Assembly (NCBI GenBank): GCA_951406725.2
Contig: OX597835.1
Location: 10,602,001-10,666,000 of the forward strand
DNA: 64,000 nt
Source: Octopus vulgaris
Taxonomy: Eukaryota
Direction of reading: 5' to 3'
Made by a program: the position numbers and the translations under genes. Of this stretch, positions 1-12,522 are shown one piece after another; the first letter of the stretch is position 1, and every line of letters begins with the position of its first letter. A model generated the notes under the pieces. That model saw only the letters and a program-made list of their open reading frames with translations. It was not told the origin of the DNA and ran no database searches.

Positions 1-2
1 CC

Positions 3-285
3 AATGGAGAAGTTCTTAAGCAGATCAGGCCGAAAATGTCGCTAGAAGCTAGGATCACCAAGCATATTTCGGTCATATTATGCAGAGAAAATCCCTGGAG
101 AAGGACATCATGCTCGGAATGGTCAGTGGCAAGAGAGGAAGAGGCCGACCAAGAACCTGCTGGCTTGACACCTTCAAGAGGGATACCAGAATGGACTTAG
201 CCAATCTGAAAGAAGCGGCCCAGGATAGAACTGACTGGAGGACACTGATCCAATGAGTGACCGAGAGTCGACTTCGGCTGAGCGG
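3..285 (+). mobile_element. 3' end of an RTE-clade (BovB-like) LINE, degenerate
   Basis: Manual translation gives NGEVLKQIRPKMSLEARITK, then a frameshift, then YFGHIMQRKSLEKDIMLGMVSGKRGRGRPRTCWLDTFKRD...LKEAAQDRTDWRTLI, the characteristic RTE ORF C-terminus (FGHI..R..LEK..M.G...GKR.RGRP...W.D, A.DR..WR). Confidence 0.85.
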
Positions 286-331
286 ATAGAGAGATAGGGG
301 TGTGAGTGAGGGCAATTGGTTTTTAGTTTAA

Positions 332-549
332 TTCTTTAGCATTCAAATTATTTTGCCATATGTAATGATTGTTTATTCTTATTGTTTTGAGTTTATCATG
401 GGTTATCTTGTAGCTTCGAGATTTCAAATCTGTGATTGTGTTTTATGAATGGCAGTGTAGGGTAGGTGGGAGAAGTAAGATTTGGCCAGTTTGAACATAA
501 ACGAGGAAGAATATTTGGTCTGGACTTGACTGGTTGAAATGTTAAAGGG
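332..549. mobile_element. piggyBac-type MITE
   Basis: Flanked by TTAA at 328-331 and 550-553; imperfect TIRs (ttctttagcatt ... aatgttaaaggg); no coding capacity. Confidence 0.6.
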
Positions 550-654
550 TTAAATGAAGAGGGGAAAAAAAGGGCCTCGTAGGAAAAAAATATAAACTTA
601 ATTTTCAGTACAAAAATAGCTCTTGAGGTAGCAAACATAATATTGTGGGGTAGG

Positions 655-674
655 AGTGAGTGCGTATGTGTGTG

Positions 675-714
<40 letters not shown>

Positions 715-1985
715 CGCGCGTGTGTGTGTGTGTGTGTGTGTGTCTTTGGATGTATATGTGTGAGTGTGTGTGTGTCTTTGGATGTATATGTGTGAGTGTG
801 TGTTTATGTGTGTATGTGTGTGTCTTTGGATATATATGTGTGAGTGTGTGTGTATGTGTGTATGTGTGTGTCTTTGGATGTATATGTGTGAGTGTGTGTG
901 TATGTGTGTGTCTTTGGATATATATGTGTGAGTGTGTGTGTATGTGTGTATGTGTGTGTCTTTGGATGTATATGTGTGAGTGTGTGTGTATGTGTGTGTC
1001 TTTGGATATATATGTGTGAGTGTGTGTGTATGTGTGTATGTGTGTGTCTTTGGATGTATATGTGTGAGTGTGTGTGTATGTGTGTGTCTTTGGATGTATA
1101 TGTGTGAGTGTGTGTGTATGTGTGTATGTGTGTGTCTTTGGATGTATATGTGTGAGTGTGTGTGTATGTGTGTGTCTTTGGATGTATATGTGTGAGTGTG
1201 TGTGTATGTGTGTGTCTTTGGATGTATATGTGTGAGTGTGTGTGTATGTGTGTATGTGTGTGTCTTTGGATATATATGTGTGAGTGTGTGTGTATGTGTG
1301 TATGTGTGTGTCTTTGGATGTATATGTGTGAGTGTGTGTGTATGTGTGTGTCTTTGGATGTATATGTGTGAGTGTGTGTGTATGTGTGTGTCTTTGGATG
1401 TATATGTGTGAGTGTGCGTGTATATGTGTATGTGTATGTCTTTGGATGTATATGTGTGAGTGTGTGTGTATGTGTGTGTCTTTGGATGTATATGTGTGAG
1501 TGTGCGTGTATGTGTGTATGTGTGTGTCTTTGGATGTATATGTGTGAGTGTGCGTGTATATGTGTATGTGTGTGTCTTTGGATGTGAGTGTGTGAGTGTG
1601 TGTGTATGTGTGTGTCTTTGGATGTGAGTGTGTGTGTGTGTGTGTGTATGTGTGTGTCTTTGATGTATATGTGTGTGTGCGTGTATGTGTGTATGTGTGT
1701 GTCTTTGGATGTATATGTGTGAGTGTGTGTGTATGTGTGTGTCTTTGGATGTATATGTGTGAGTGTGCGTGTATATGTGTATGTGTGTGTCTTTGGATGT
1801 GAGTGTGTGAGTGTGTGTGTATGTGTGTGTCTTTGGATGTGAGTGTGTGAGTGTGTGTGTATGTGTGTGTCTTTGGATGTATATGTGTGAGTGTGCGTGT
1901 ATATGTGTATGTGTGTGTCTTTGGATGTATATGTGTGAGTGTGTGTGTATGTGTGTATGTGTGTGTCTTTGGATGTATATGTGTG

Positions 1986-2017
<32 letters not shown>

Positions 2018-2378
2018 CTTTGGATATATATGTGTGAGTGTGTGTGTATGTGTGTATGTGTGTGTCTTTGGATGTATATGTGTGAGTGTGTGTGTATGTG
2101 TGTGTGTCTTTGGATGTATATGTGTGAGTGTGTGTGTATATGTGTATGTGTGTGTCTTTGGATGTATATGTGTGATGTGTGTGTGTGTGTGTGTATGTGT
2201 GTGTCTTTGGATGTATATGTGTGAGTGTGTGTGTATGTGTGTGTGTCTTTGGATATATATGTGTGAGTGTGTGTGTATATGTGTATGTGTGTGTCTTTGG
2301 ATGTATATGTGTGAGTGTGTGTGTATATGTGTATGTGTGTGTCTTTGGATGTATATGTGTGAGTGTGTGTGTGTGTGT
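655..2378. repeat. (TG)n-derived minisatellite array, ~40-48 bp units
   Basis: Dozens of tandem copies of tgtgtgtctttggatgtatatgtgtgagtgtgtgtgta(tgtgtgta); source of the spurious 622-aa His/Thr ORF. Confidence 0.95.
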
Positions 2379-2451
2379 ATCAAAGTATTGTCACATGAAA
2401 GAGGTGTGAATAAGCAGTTGTCATTATTTGGACTTGGAATGAAGGCCACAG

Positions 2452-2593
2452 ATCGGCAGAATTGTCTGAGCATTTAGCAAAATACCTTGTGGTATTTAGA
2501 TATGGCTCTTTAGGTTCTGAGTTCATATCTTGTGAAAGTCAACATTGCTTTTCATTTCTGTGGGGTTGGTAAATGAAGTACCAGTCAATTACT
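2452..2593 (+). mobile_element. SINE family A (tRNA head + Deu/Nin-like domain), degenerate copy
   Basis: ggcagaattg...gttctgagttca...gcttttcatttctgtggggttggtaaatgaagtacc matches the other family A copies in the window. Confidence 0.6.
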
Positions 2594-2625
2594 AGAATCA
2601 TTAATCATGTTATCTTGGACTCCTT

Positions 2626-3010
2626 GGATGGAAGCACTCCGTCGGTTACGACGACGAGGGTTCCGGTTGATCCGAATCAACGGAACAGCCTGCTCGTGAA
2701 ATTAACGTGTAAGTGGCTGAGCACTCCACAGACACGTGTACCCTTAACGTAGTTCTCGGGGATATTCAGCGTGACACAGAGAGTGACAAGGCCGGCCCTT
2801 TGAAATACAGGTACAACAGAAACGGGAAGTAAGAGTGAGAGAAAGTTGTGGTGAAAGAGTACAGCAGGGATCACCAGCCTCCCTGCCGGAGCCTCGTGGA
2901 GCTTTAGGTGTTTTCGCTCAATAAACACTCACAACGCCCGGTCTGGGAATCGAAACCGCGATCCTATGACCGCGAGTCTGCTGCCCTAACCACTGGGCCA
3001 TTGCGCCTCC
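2626..3010 (-). mobile_element. Young tRNA-derived SINE (family D), full length
   Basis: Minus strand begins ggaggcgcaaTGGCCCAGTGGttagggcagcagactcgcggtcataggatcgcgGTTTCGATTCCc (A and B boxes); CpG-rich; stem-loop near the 3' end (gttccggttgatccgaatcaacggaac); ctcctt repeated at both junctions (2620-2625, 3007-3012). Confidence 0.85.
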
Positions 3011-3416
3011 TTACTACTTACCTCAACACCTTTTCTAATGACATGCAGCCATTGGCTTTCTCAAATATTCTGTAGTATATGCTGGTATTTTTCAATAGAT
3101 TTATCCTATTATGAAATACTGAATTTAGTTGTGGTATGCTCTAGTTCAGTACAACAAAAATTTCTGCTGCCAAGTCTAAATAAAAAAAAAACAGCTTTCG
3201 GAATTGTTTGTTTATCAAACTTTTACAAATTAAAGAATTTATTGGTAACTTTCTGTTCAGTTTAACACAAGGAAATAAAAGGAATTAACAAAACAAGGAA
3301 CAACAAACTAAAAAATATTAATTTATATCAATTTATTGAATTCGTTTGCTTTCTCCATTATTGTCTCATTTCATTTGTTGTTGTTGTTGTTGTTATCAAC
3401 TGCATCATCAAATGCT

Positions 3417-3559
3417 CTCCATATGGCATCCATGGGATGATGGTCAAGAAAGGTGCATCTACTGCAGTCTTGTTCTTGACGCAGATCATCTGGTCCATTT
3501 CGAGCAGTGGAATCATACTGCCTGACTGGAAGAAGGGCATAATTATTCCCCGCTGCAAA
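3417..3559 (+). mobile_element. LINE reverse-transcriptase N-terminal fragment
   Basis: Translates to SPYGIHGMMVKKGASTAVLFLTQIIWSISSSGIILPDWKKGIIIPRCK, matching the non-LTR motif PGxDGI..E.LK.G......L...IW..G.IP.DWKKGII.P..K. Confidence 0.7.
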
Positions 3560-3581
3560 GCTTAAAGTGACCACCACAACT

Positions 3582-3770
3582 TATCAGTATTTCGTCTGTC
3601 GTTACATTCTCAGTTCAAATTCCGCCGAGGTCAACTTTGCCTTTCATCCTTTCGGGGTCGATAAATTAAGTACCAATTACGCACTGGGGTCAATGTAATC
3701 GGCTTGACCCATTTGTCTGTCCTTGTTTGTCCCATATGTGTGTAGCCCCTTGTGGGTAATAAAGAAATAT
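3582..3770 (+). mobile_element. SINE family A, 5'-truncated
   Basis: B box gttcaaattcc followed by gcctttcatcctttcggggtcgataaattaagtacc, resembling the conserved Deu/Nin SINE central domain. Confidence 0.75.
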
Positions 3771-3825
3771 ATACTTATCTCAGTGCCAGCTACAGTCTTT
3801 GCTAGCTTAGAAAGGTAATGGTCAG

Positions 3826-3996
3826 CATTAATCATGTTATCTTGGGCTCCTTACTACTTATGTCAATACCTTTTCTAATGACATGCAGACATTGACCTTC
3901 TCAAATATTCTGTAGAATATGCTAGTATTTTTCAATAGATTTCTCCTATCATGAAATACTGAAATTAGTTGTGGCATGCTCTAGTTCAGTATAACA
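3826..3996. repeat. Local duplication of 2599-2625 + 3007-3156
   Basis: cattaatcatgttatcttgg...ctagttcagt occurs twice with scattered substitutions; the first copy is interrupted by SINE D. Confidence 0.85.
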
Positions 3997-4943
3997 GAGG
4001 CATATATTCTACCATCTGGTGATCCCTGGAGGTCACCTATCATACAGGAGATCTCATCTAGATTAAGTTAAACTGAGGTGGGTTTGAAAGTTTGAGATTC
4101 ACATTGAAAAGTAAAGAAAGTTTACAGAGTATACACATTTTATATTTAATATATTTTTTTTACACATTTTATTCTAGCTTGCACAGCAAAAATCTTGATA
4201 GTGTTCTTGGACGTATATGTGTGAGTGTGTGTGTATGTGTGTTCTTGGCACTGATATGAATTTATGATAGTGTTCTTGGCACTGATATGAATTTTTAGTA
4301 TATATTTTTTTTTTGTCTGTTAAAATATTTCTTTCTCATTTTCATTCATAAAACTTTCCTACGCAATTTTCTTCTTATCTCAGCCAAAATATTTGTAGAA
4401 CATAAAATTGGCCATTTCCTGCATCATCTTCCTTTACTGGAATTCCAAATCATCTGCTTCTCTGGTCAGGCTTCCTCAATTCTTGCAGTTCTTCTCTCCA
4501 AAGGTCATCTGAATGATTTTGTTAAACTTCTGGACAATACTATGGAGACTCCAAAGTTAGAGACCGTTTTTAGCATACAATGCTGGATCATCTTTCATAA
4601 AAGGGGTGGTGGATGAGCCCAGTGCAGGACCCTAAATCACTTTTCAAATATGGATTAGCAGCATTAGTGTTGTAAACATTGTCAAACACACATTCTCAGT
4701 GTATGTGCTTTGCATGTTTACCAGGAGGCTGCATTGTGCCAAATTGCATCAAACCAAAATTGCACCACACAAAATCACTGCCTACGACCTAACAAGAGAA
4801 GCATGCACATTGAGTATGAGTGGTCACTCAAGTGTTTTTATTTTTATATTTTTTTATTGGCCAACTTCAGAATTAAAAAATCACAGGATTAAAGCTGCCA
4901 TGATGTAAGGTCACCTTTGAAAATCTCAGGATTTGAACACATA

Positions 4944-5336
4944 GGCACAGGAGTGGCTGTGTGGTAAGTAGTTTGTTTATGAACCACATGGTTCCGGGTT
5001 CAGTCCCACTGCGTGGCACCTTGGGCAAGTGCCTTCTACTATAGCCTCGGGCCGACCAAAGCCTTGTGAGTGGATTTGGGAGACGGAAACTGAAAGAAGC
5101 CCGTCGTATATATGTATATATATATGTGTGTGTGTGTTGTGTCCCCCTAGCATTGCTTGACAACCGATGCTGGTGTGTTTATGTCCCTGTTACTTAGCAG
5201 TTCGGCAAAAGAGACCGATAGAATAAGTACTGGGCTTACAAAAGAATAAGTGCCGGGGTCGAGTTGCTCGATTAAAGGCGGTGCTCCAGCATGGCCGCAG
5301 TCAAATTGCTGAAACAAGTAAAAGAGTAAAAGAGTA
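4944..5336 (+). mobile_element. tRNA-derived SINE family B, full length
   Basis: A box tggctgtgtgg, B-box-like gttcagtccc, CORE-like ccttgggcaagtg, internal TA/TG microsatellite, (GTAAAAGA)n tail; near-identical copy at 10923-11350. Confidence 0.85.
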
Positions 5337-5613
5337 CAACATAAAGTGCCAGAAAAAAATACCACTGAAGGGTAAACCAATCCAATTACACCAACCCCTG
5401 TACTTGGTAAATAATTCTACCAGTCAGTGTTGGTAAGGATTGAACTTGGAGCATAAAGAATTAGAAGAAGTACTAAAAGAATATTCTGTCCGATGATGCT
5501 CTACCGACTCTACCTGTTTGCTGTAATCAACAACACTTAATCCTAATCATTTACATCATCACCGTCATAATTATCAACGTATCTATTATAAAATTTATTG
5601 TTATTAATGTTAA

Positions 5614-5672
<59 letters not shown>

Positions 5673-5900
5673 ATATATATATATTATGTCTGTTTATCTT
5701 GAAAGTCTGGCTCAACCAATCTATGCTGACAGCAGCTGGGTTTTGTTTTTCGTTTTTGTTATATTTTTCTTTTCTGTTTTTTTTTTTTTTTTTTTGCCAA
5801 GAAATAATCTGATTGAATTCTTGGCATCTTGATAAAACAGTGTGGGTCGGATTGTGCTGGTCTGTGAGTGAATGGACACATATATATATATATGTGTCTG

Positions 5901-5904
<4 letters not shown>

Positions 5905-5935
<31 letters not shown>

Positions 5936-6066
5936 ATGCATGTGTATATATACATATATCTGTGTGCTTGTGTGTGTCTATATATCTGTTTATGTTTGTG
6001 TGTGCCTGTATATATGTGTGTATTTGTGTGTGTGTATGCATCTGTGTCTATGTGTTTACGAGTATC

Positions 6067-6104
<38 letters not shown>

Positions 6105-6400
6105 CATGTGTATATATACATATATCTGTGTGCTTGTGTGTGTCTATATATGTGTTTATGTTTGTGTGTGCCTGTGTATTTATATGTGTGTATTTGTGTG
6201 TGTGTATGCATCTGTGTCTATGTGTTTACGAGTGTCTGTATGTGTGTGTGTGTGTGTGTGTATGCATGTGTATATATACATATAACTGTGTGCTTGTGTG
6301 TGTCTATATATGTGTTTATGTTTGTGTGTGCCTGTATATATGTGTGTATTTGTGTGTGTGTATGCATCTGTGTCTATGCGTTTACGAGTGTCTGTATGTA
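5905..6400. repeat. Three tandem copies of a ~160-170 bp TG/TA-rich unit
   Basis: tgtatgcatgtgtatatatacatata..tgtgtgcttg...gtttacgagt.tctgta recurs near 5932, 6098 and 6258. Confidence 0.85.
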
Positions 6401-7895
6401 TGTGTGTATGTGTGTATATGCATGTATGTGTATGTGTGTATGTGTGTGTGTGTATATATGCATGTATGTGTATGTGTGTATGTGTGATGTGTGTATGTTT
6501 ATATGTCTGTCTATATATATGTTTATGTGAGTATGTATGTGCCTATATGTGTTGGGGTATCTGTACGTGTGCGTGTGTGTGTATGTGTATGTGTGTCAGG
6601 GTGGGGGTGGGTGAGGCTAAATCTCTTGTAATTTAAAGACAAAAAAAAAAAAAACACCCCAATTTCTTCTTAGACAACCGAATAAAAAACACATAAAAAA
6701 AAAACACCCTCCTTCCATTATTTATCTCCGTTGGTCAGTTGTATAGGTTTAAGCGTGTATTTATGTGCGTTGGCGGGGGGCGGGGGATGACGGGGTGGGG
6801 TGGGGTGGGACGTAAACAGCGACTGTGTATATTGAACGGGGTTGGTGGTGAGGGGTGGGGAAGGGGGCTGCAATGGTGGAAGAAACTGAAAAAAAAAAAA
6901 AAAAAAAAAAACCCCACCCTCTAAATAACCAAAAAGAAACAAAAAAGAGAAAAAATGTTTTCAATAAACCTACGAGGATTGCTCTGTAATTAAACTTGTC
7001 CAAGTTTAAAAATTTACATATAATGGCTGTTTTTGTTTCTCCCTTATTTTTTTTTGTTTTTGATTTTGTATATATTTTGTTTTGGTGGTGGTGGTGGTGG
7101 TGGTGGTATTGGTGGTAGTAGTGTTAGTGGCGGTGATGGTAGCGGCAGCTGTGGTGTTGGTTCTGGTTCTGGTAGTGGTAGTGTTGGTAGTGGTGGTGGT
7201 CGTGGTTGTGGTCGTGGTGGGTAAAGGATTGAGAAAATCGTTTTTCGGTGAAATTTGGTGCTTTTCTAATTTTTATTTTATTTTTTTTTACCATTTTCCT
7301 GTGTGTGTTTTTTTTTTTTACCATTTCTTTTTCTTTCTTATTGAGTAACAAACAACAACTGGTGATGATGGAAGTCTGGGTGTTTTTTTTTGTCTTTTAT
7401 TTATTATCTTTGTCTAAATTTTTGGTTTCTTTGAGAATGTATGTATGTGTTCTTGTATATATATATGTGTATATATTTGTGTGTGTGTGTGTGTGTCTGT
7501 CTGTGTTTTGATAATTTGTTCACTCAAAAAATTGAAGAAAAAAAGCCATTAATAATATTAATACTACTACTACTACTACTAATAATAATAATAGTAGTAG
7601 TAGTAGTTGTAGTAGTAGTAGTAGTAGTAGTAAGAAGAAGGATGATGATATTGATGGTAAAAATTATAGTAATGATAATTGACGGATGCTAATGATATTG
7701 ATAAAACAGATAGGAATCTGAGAGGAGAGATTGGGAGGAGGAAAAGGTATTAAGATCGTAAGTGAAGAACAACAAGAACAACAAAAATAATGGTTTTAAT
7801 GATAACAGAAGATAACGAAACATTGAAAGAAGTGTATGATTAGATACTCGTAATTTGTAGAGTGTACAATAAACATATGTATATATACATGTACT

Positions 7896-7948
<53 letters not shown>

Positions 7949-8059
7949 CTGTGTCTATGTGTATATGCATATGTATGTATATAGATATTTGTATATATGT
8001 ATATATATATATATATATGTATATATATACATATGTGTGTATATATATTTGTATGTATG

Positions 8060-8111
<52 letters not shown>

Positions 8112-8187
8112 TGTATGTATGTATGTGTATATATATAAAAAATTTTTTTCAGAATGAAATAACAAACCAAGTCTGTGAAGATTTTAG

Positions 8188-8231
<44 letters not shown>

Positions 8232-9983
8232 GACATATATATATCATCATCATCATTGTTTAACATCCACTTTCCATGCTAGCATGGGTTGGATGAGTTG
8301 ACTGAGGACTGGTGAACCAGATTACTGCACCAGGCTCCAATATGTATATATATATATGTATATATATGTATACATATGTATGTATATATATGTATGCATA
8401 TGTATGTATATATATATATATATGTATACATATGCATGTATATATATATAAATCAATAAATGGTGGGGTTGTGTTGACCGCATGTGGAGAAATGATAGGC
8501 AAGGAAAAATTATAAAAAGGCAGAATGCTAAATTAAAGGTAAATTTTAATGAAAGTGGGTGTCTGGAAAATTTTAAAAAATTAATAAAAAATATATATAT
8601 TAATTCAAACCGGTTGGGGAGTTCTGGAGTTGTGAGGAGCATGGAGTTACCTTTTAATTGCCATTACTTCCAGGTCCATTCTGACCTGGAACGGTAGTAA
8701 TACCTGTAAGGGTGCCATCCATGGGTTAAACATATTTCCCTGAGGTAGAGGAAGCTCTCATTATTTTTGACAAAGTCATGAGGAAGGCAACCTTTCTCGG
8801 AGAAAGATATTCCGACATAAAACTTGCTGTCAAAACAGTTTTCCAGCCATCTTGCAGCGCTGCTTGTTACTGGAACCTTCCATGGTAACCGAGAGACTGG
8901 CAAAAGTATTGTACAAGCTTTTGTCACTTAAATCCAGAGACGCACAGACATCTCACTATCATTCCATTCCTTGGTCCATTTTGTCTTTGATAAAGTTCTT
9001 TGGTGATGCAGGTATGCCATGAAAAGTCATATCCATGCATGGACGGAAGGAAATCAGAATGATCAGGTAGAATTTGAGGCGGTTATCACCTGAGAAAACG
9101 AGGCAATCATCTTGTATGTGTGTGTGCATATAAGTGTGTATGTGTACATGTGTGTGTGTATGTCTTTTTATTTCAGTCATTAGACTGTGGCCATGCTGGG
9201 GCACTACCTTGAAGAATTTTAGTTGGACGAATTGACCCCAGGACTTATTTTTTAAAGCCTTGTACTAATTCTGTTTGTCATGAAATCTTGATGAAAGGTT
9301 TTAATTTGGATAATTAAAAAAAAAAAAAGAAATGAAATGGAGATTGTATCACTGAAACAGAAGCCATCTCATATGGTTTGGCATCAAAAGGATTAAAGCC
9401 TGAGTGTCTTGTAAACCATGTTATTCATCAGTCTGTTAGACTTAAGTATCATTGATACTTTAAGCATGAATATTATAATATCATTCACAATTCTGTTAGG
9501 CTTAATTATGATTTATGAATCACAGTAATCATGATTCTTATGGAATTTATTTTTTCTGTTATAATATTCCAGTTTCAAAACGGTTTCGTTTTTAACTTCC
9601 AATATGATATGCGACAGTAAGTTTTTGCTTGAGCACTGGCACACAACGGTCAAGTCAGGCCAAGCCAGGTCAGGTCTGGGGGTATGTGCTGTTGCAGTGT
9701 GTCGCTGCGTCCACCATTTGCTGATGATTCCATATTTGCAGCAGGCAACACCTTTGTGCCACTATGATACTACTAGGTTGCATCGTGTTTTATTTGTTTT
9801 CATATGCAACCAAGATGTGTTGAAATCTTTATCAAATTTTGTTTTCATGTATGCTAAGGTATTGCTGCTCTGATGAGAAGCTTGATGTTGCTAGTGCAGT
9901 AATCATTGACTTAGTATGTTAAAATGTTTTGTGTTGCTGGATTTTATATTGAATACTTGAGTTTTTTATGTGTTGCCATACCC

Positions 9984-10290
9984 TCATCATCATCATCATC
10001 ATTTAACGTCCGCTTTCCATGCTAGCATGGGTTGGACGGTTCAACTGGGGTCTGGGAAGCAAGAAGGCTGCACCAAGCCCAGTCTGATCTGGCAATGTTT
10101 CTACAGCTGGATGCCCTTCCTAACGCCAACCACTCCGTGTGTGTAGTGGGTGCTTTTTACGTGCCACCGGCACAGGTGCCAGACGGGGCTGGTAAATGGC
10201 CACAGTCGGATGGTGCTTTTTATGTGCCACCGGCACAGGGGCCAAGCGAGGCTGGTAAGTGACCATGGTCGGATGGTGCTTTTTATGTGC
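9984..10290 (-). mobile_element. SINE/short retroelement family C with RTE-like 3' end and (GAT)n tail
   Basis: Plus strand reads (cat)n-ttaacgtccgctttccatgctagcatgggttggacgg...ggatgcccttcctaacgccaacc followed by ~60-bp internal repeats; related copies at 8243-8340, 14004-14272, 14376-14632, 23295-23790, 29017-29195, 29572-29856. Confidence 0.8.
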
Positions 10291-10922
10291 CGTTTAATCA
10301 TTGTAATATCTATATGCTGGATACATGATATTTATGTAGATTATGAGGCCTTAACTATTATTTGGTTTGTCTACCTTTGCCAGATATAACCTATTATTTG
10401 AGGAATTGAAGCTTTGTTCTTTTTCTTTTTATCTCATAGTGGTGTAAATATCCTTTAGTTTCATAAAAGTGATTTTAATTCTATTAGTGATTTCAGTTCC
10501 ATATTAATTGTAATGCAGGATGCACTAGTTACTTTGGTTGTTGCTGTGCACTTTGGAAATGATGCATTTAAGATAGGGTGTGTTGTTTTTGTTGTTTTCC
10601 TCATTCTGGTATTTGTGACAAGATCGTTGATAAAATTGGAGGAATGTGAGATAGTCCTGGTTTTCCATGTTGGGTTTATTTTGTGATTCAGAGCATGTTT
10701 AGATAACTGAATTGTGCTTTACAATGTTCGTTATTATGTATGTGATATATACAGGGATATTTCCATTTTCTTTACAATGTTTTTCTCTATGTTGAGTGTA
10801 GACATCAACTTCAAATTTTGTTCATACTTGGAAAGTTAATCTGTGTCTTTCTCTCTATTTTCATTTAAAAAAAATATACACATATAAATATGCATATACG
10901 TATATAAATATACATATATGTA

Positions 10923-11350
10923 GGTGCAGGAGTGGCTGTGTAGTAAGTAGCTTGTTTACCAACCACATGGTTCCGGGTTCAGTCCCACTGCGTGGCACCT
11001 TGGGTAAGTGTCTTCTGCTATAGCCTCGGGCCGACCAAAGCCTTGTGAGTGGATTTGGTAGACGGAAACTGAAAGAAGCCCATCGTATATATGTATGTAT
11101 ATGTATGTATGTATGTGTGCGTGTATGTTTGTGTGTCTGTGTTTGGTCCCATCCAACATCGCTTGACAACCGATGCTGGTGTGCTTACGTCCCCATCACT
11201 TAGCAGTTCGGCAAAAAGAGACCGATAGAATAAGTACTGGGCTTACAAAGAATAAGTCCCGGGGTCGAGTTGCTCGATTAAAGGCAGTGCTCCAGCATGG
11301 CCGCAGTCAAATGACTGAAACAAGTAAAAGAGTAAAAGAGTAAAAGAGTA
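10923..11350 (+). mobile_element. tRNA-derived SINE family B, full length
   Basis: Colinear and highly similar to 4944-5336; ends in gtaaaagagtaaaagagtaaaagag. Confidence 0.85.
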
Positions 11351-12241
11351 TATAAACAACCAGCATTGCAGTGTTGGTATTGTCGTTTCTAAACTTTATC
11401 AGACGTTGGTTTTAGATTCAATTTTGTAAAATTAAATGTATTATTTAGAGGGGAAATTTAGCTGCTAGTTTTAGCAGTAGAGCAACTTCATTAAGGTACC
11501 TTCATTAATCCGGGCAAGTTTGAATTTCTTGATAGTATGATAATTAAATGAAGCCAATAGACTCCTAGCCATATGGTAATATACAAAATGTGTTCAATAA
11601 TGAAATCTTACTGCTCTTTAATCAAAAACTGGCAGTTGTTTTTAGCAGTTTTATTTTCTAATTTATTTTATAAAAAATTTATTTCCTTTTCAATCTGGTT
11701 TCATTTTTAAGCCATTTTAATGTAATTTGATTTGATTGAATTTCAATTTTAATGTAATTATTAACCTGAGAAAAACAACTGCAAGGGTGAAACAAATTTT
11801 ATAATTTTATCAAAATAAGTGAAATAATAAACAATAACTCCAATTTTTTTAATATTTATTTATTTTTTTTTAATTCATAGTAATTTAGATTCCTTTTGCT
11901 ATTTAATTTAAATGTTTAGTGCTGTTATAACCCAGAGAGTTCTATGCTAGACATCACCAACACTGCCATCACAAAAGGTTAATGGTTTGATTATCCCATC
12001 TGCAATGCTGTGCTCTGTACAAGAGGAAAACATTTAGCTTTCAAATCACACAGTCCACCTGTCTTTAATTAAGTAATGTCTCGAGAATCTGCTTACTTGA
12101 CTAAACAGCAGGAACTCTATATAACAAACAAGTGACTTGCTGTCTTCTGTTCCAGACTTTAGCTTTTCCAATGACTAAATTGAGAGAAGCACAATCTCCA
12201 GCACCTTGAATTGTCCTCAATATGTTATACAAGAATTAAGC

Positions 12242-12522
12242 TTTCAAATAGTACCTCAGTTATTCAAATAGTATCCAATTTATTCAAATTGTACCCCAGT
12301 TATTCAACAGTACCCTAGTTATTAAAATAGTATCCAATTTATTCAAATTGTACCCCAGTTATTCAGTAGTACCCCAGTGATTGAAATAGTATCCAATTTA
12401 TTCAAATTGTACCCCAGTTATTCAACAGTACCTTAGTTATTCAAATAGTATCCAATTTATTCAAATTGTACCCCAGTTATTCAATAGTACCCCAGTTATT
12501 TAAATAGTATCCAATTTAATCA
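12242..12522. repeat. Minisatellite, ~59-bp units built from ~20-bp subunits
   Basis: ttattcaaatagtatccaat-ttattcaaattgtaccccag-ttattcaacagtaccctag repeated about 4.5 times. Confidence 0.9.

Noticed and set aside
655-2378. CRISPR-like appearance (constant tctttggatgtatatgtgtgag with variable intervals)
   Set aside because: Intervals are TG microsatellite, not unique spacers; no cas genes; eukaryotic context.
605-2473. 622-aa His/Thr-rich ORF
   Set aside because: Translation of a (CA)n-derived minisatellite that lacks stop codons by composition; no domain or codon structure.
2930-3010. tRNA gene
   Set aside because: Has A/B boxes but continues into a SINE body; no convincing acceptor stem or terminator, so treated as a SINE head.
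7083-7221. Gly/Ser-rich ORF
   Set aside because: Degenerate (GGT)n microsatellite with no credible start or splice context.
8730-9115. Possible mariner transposase C-terminus or host exon
   Set aside because: Only vague resemblance (GERYSDIKLAVKTVF...DWQK) with stops and no catalytic motif; cannot be supported by eye.
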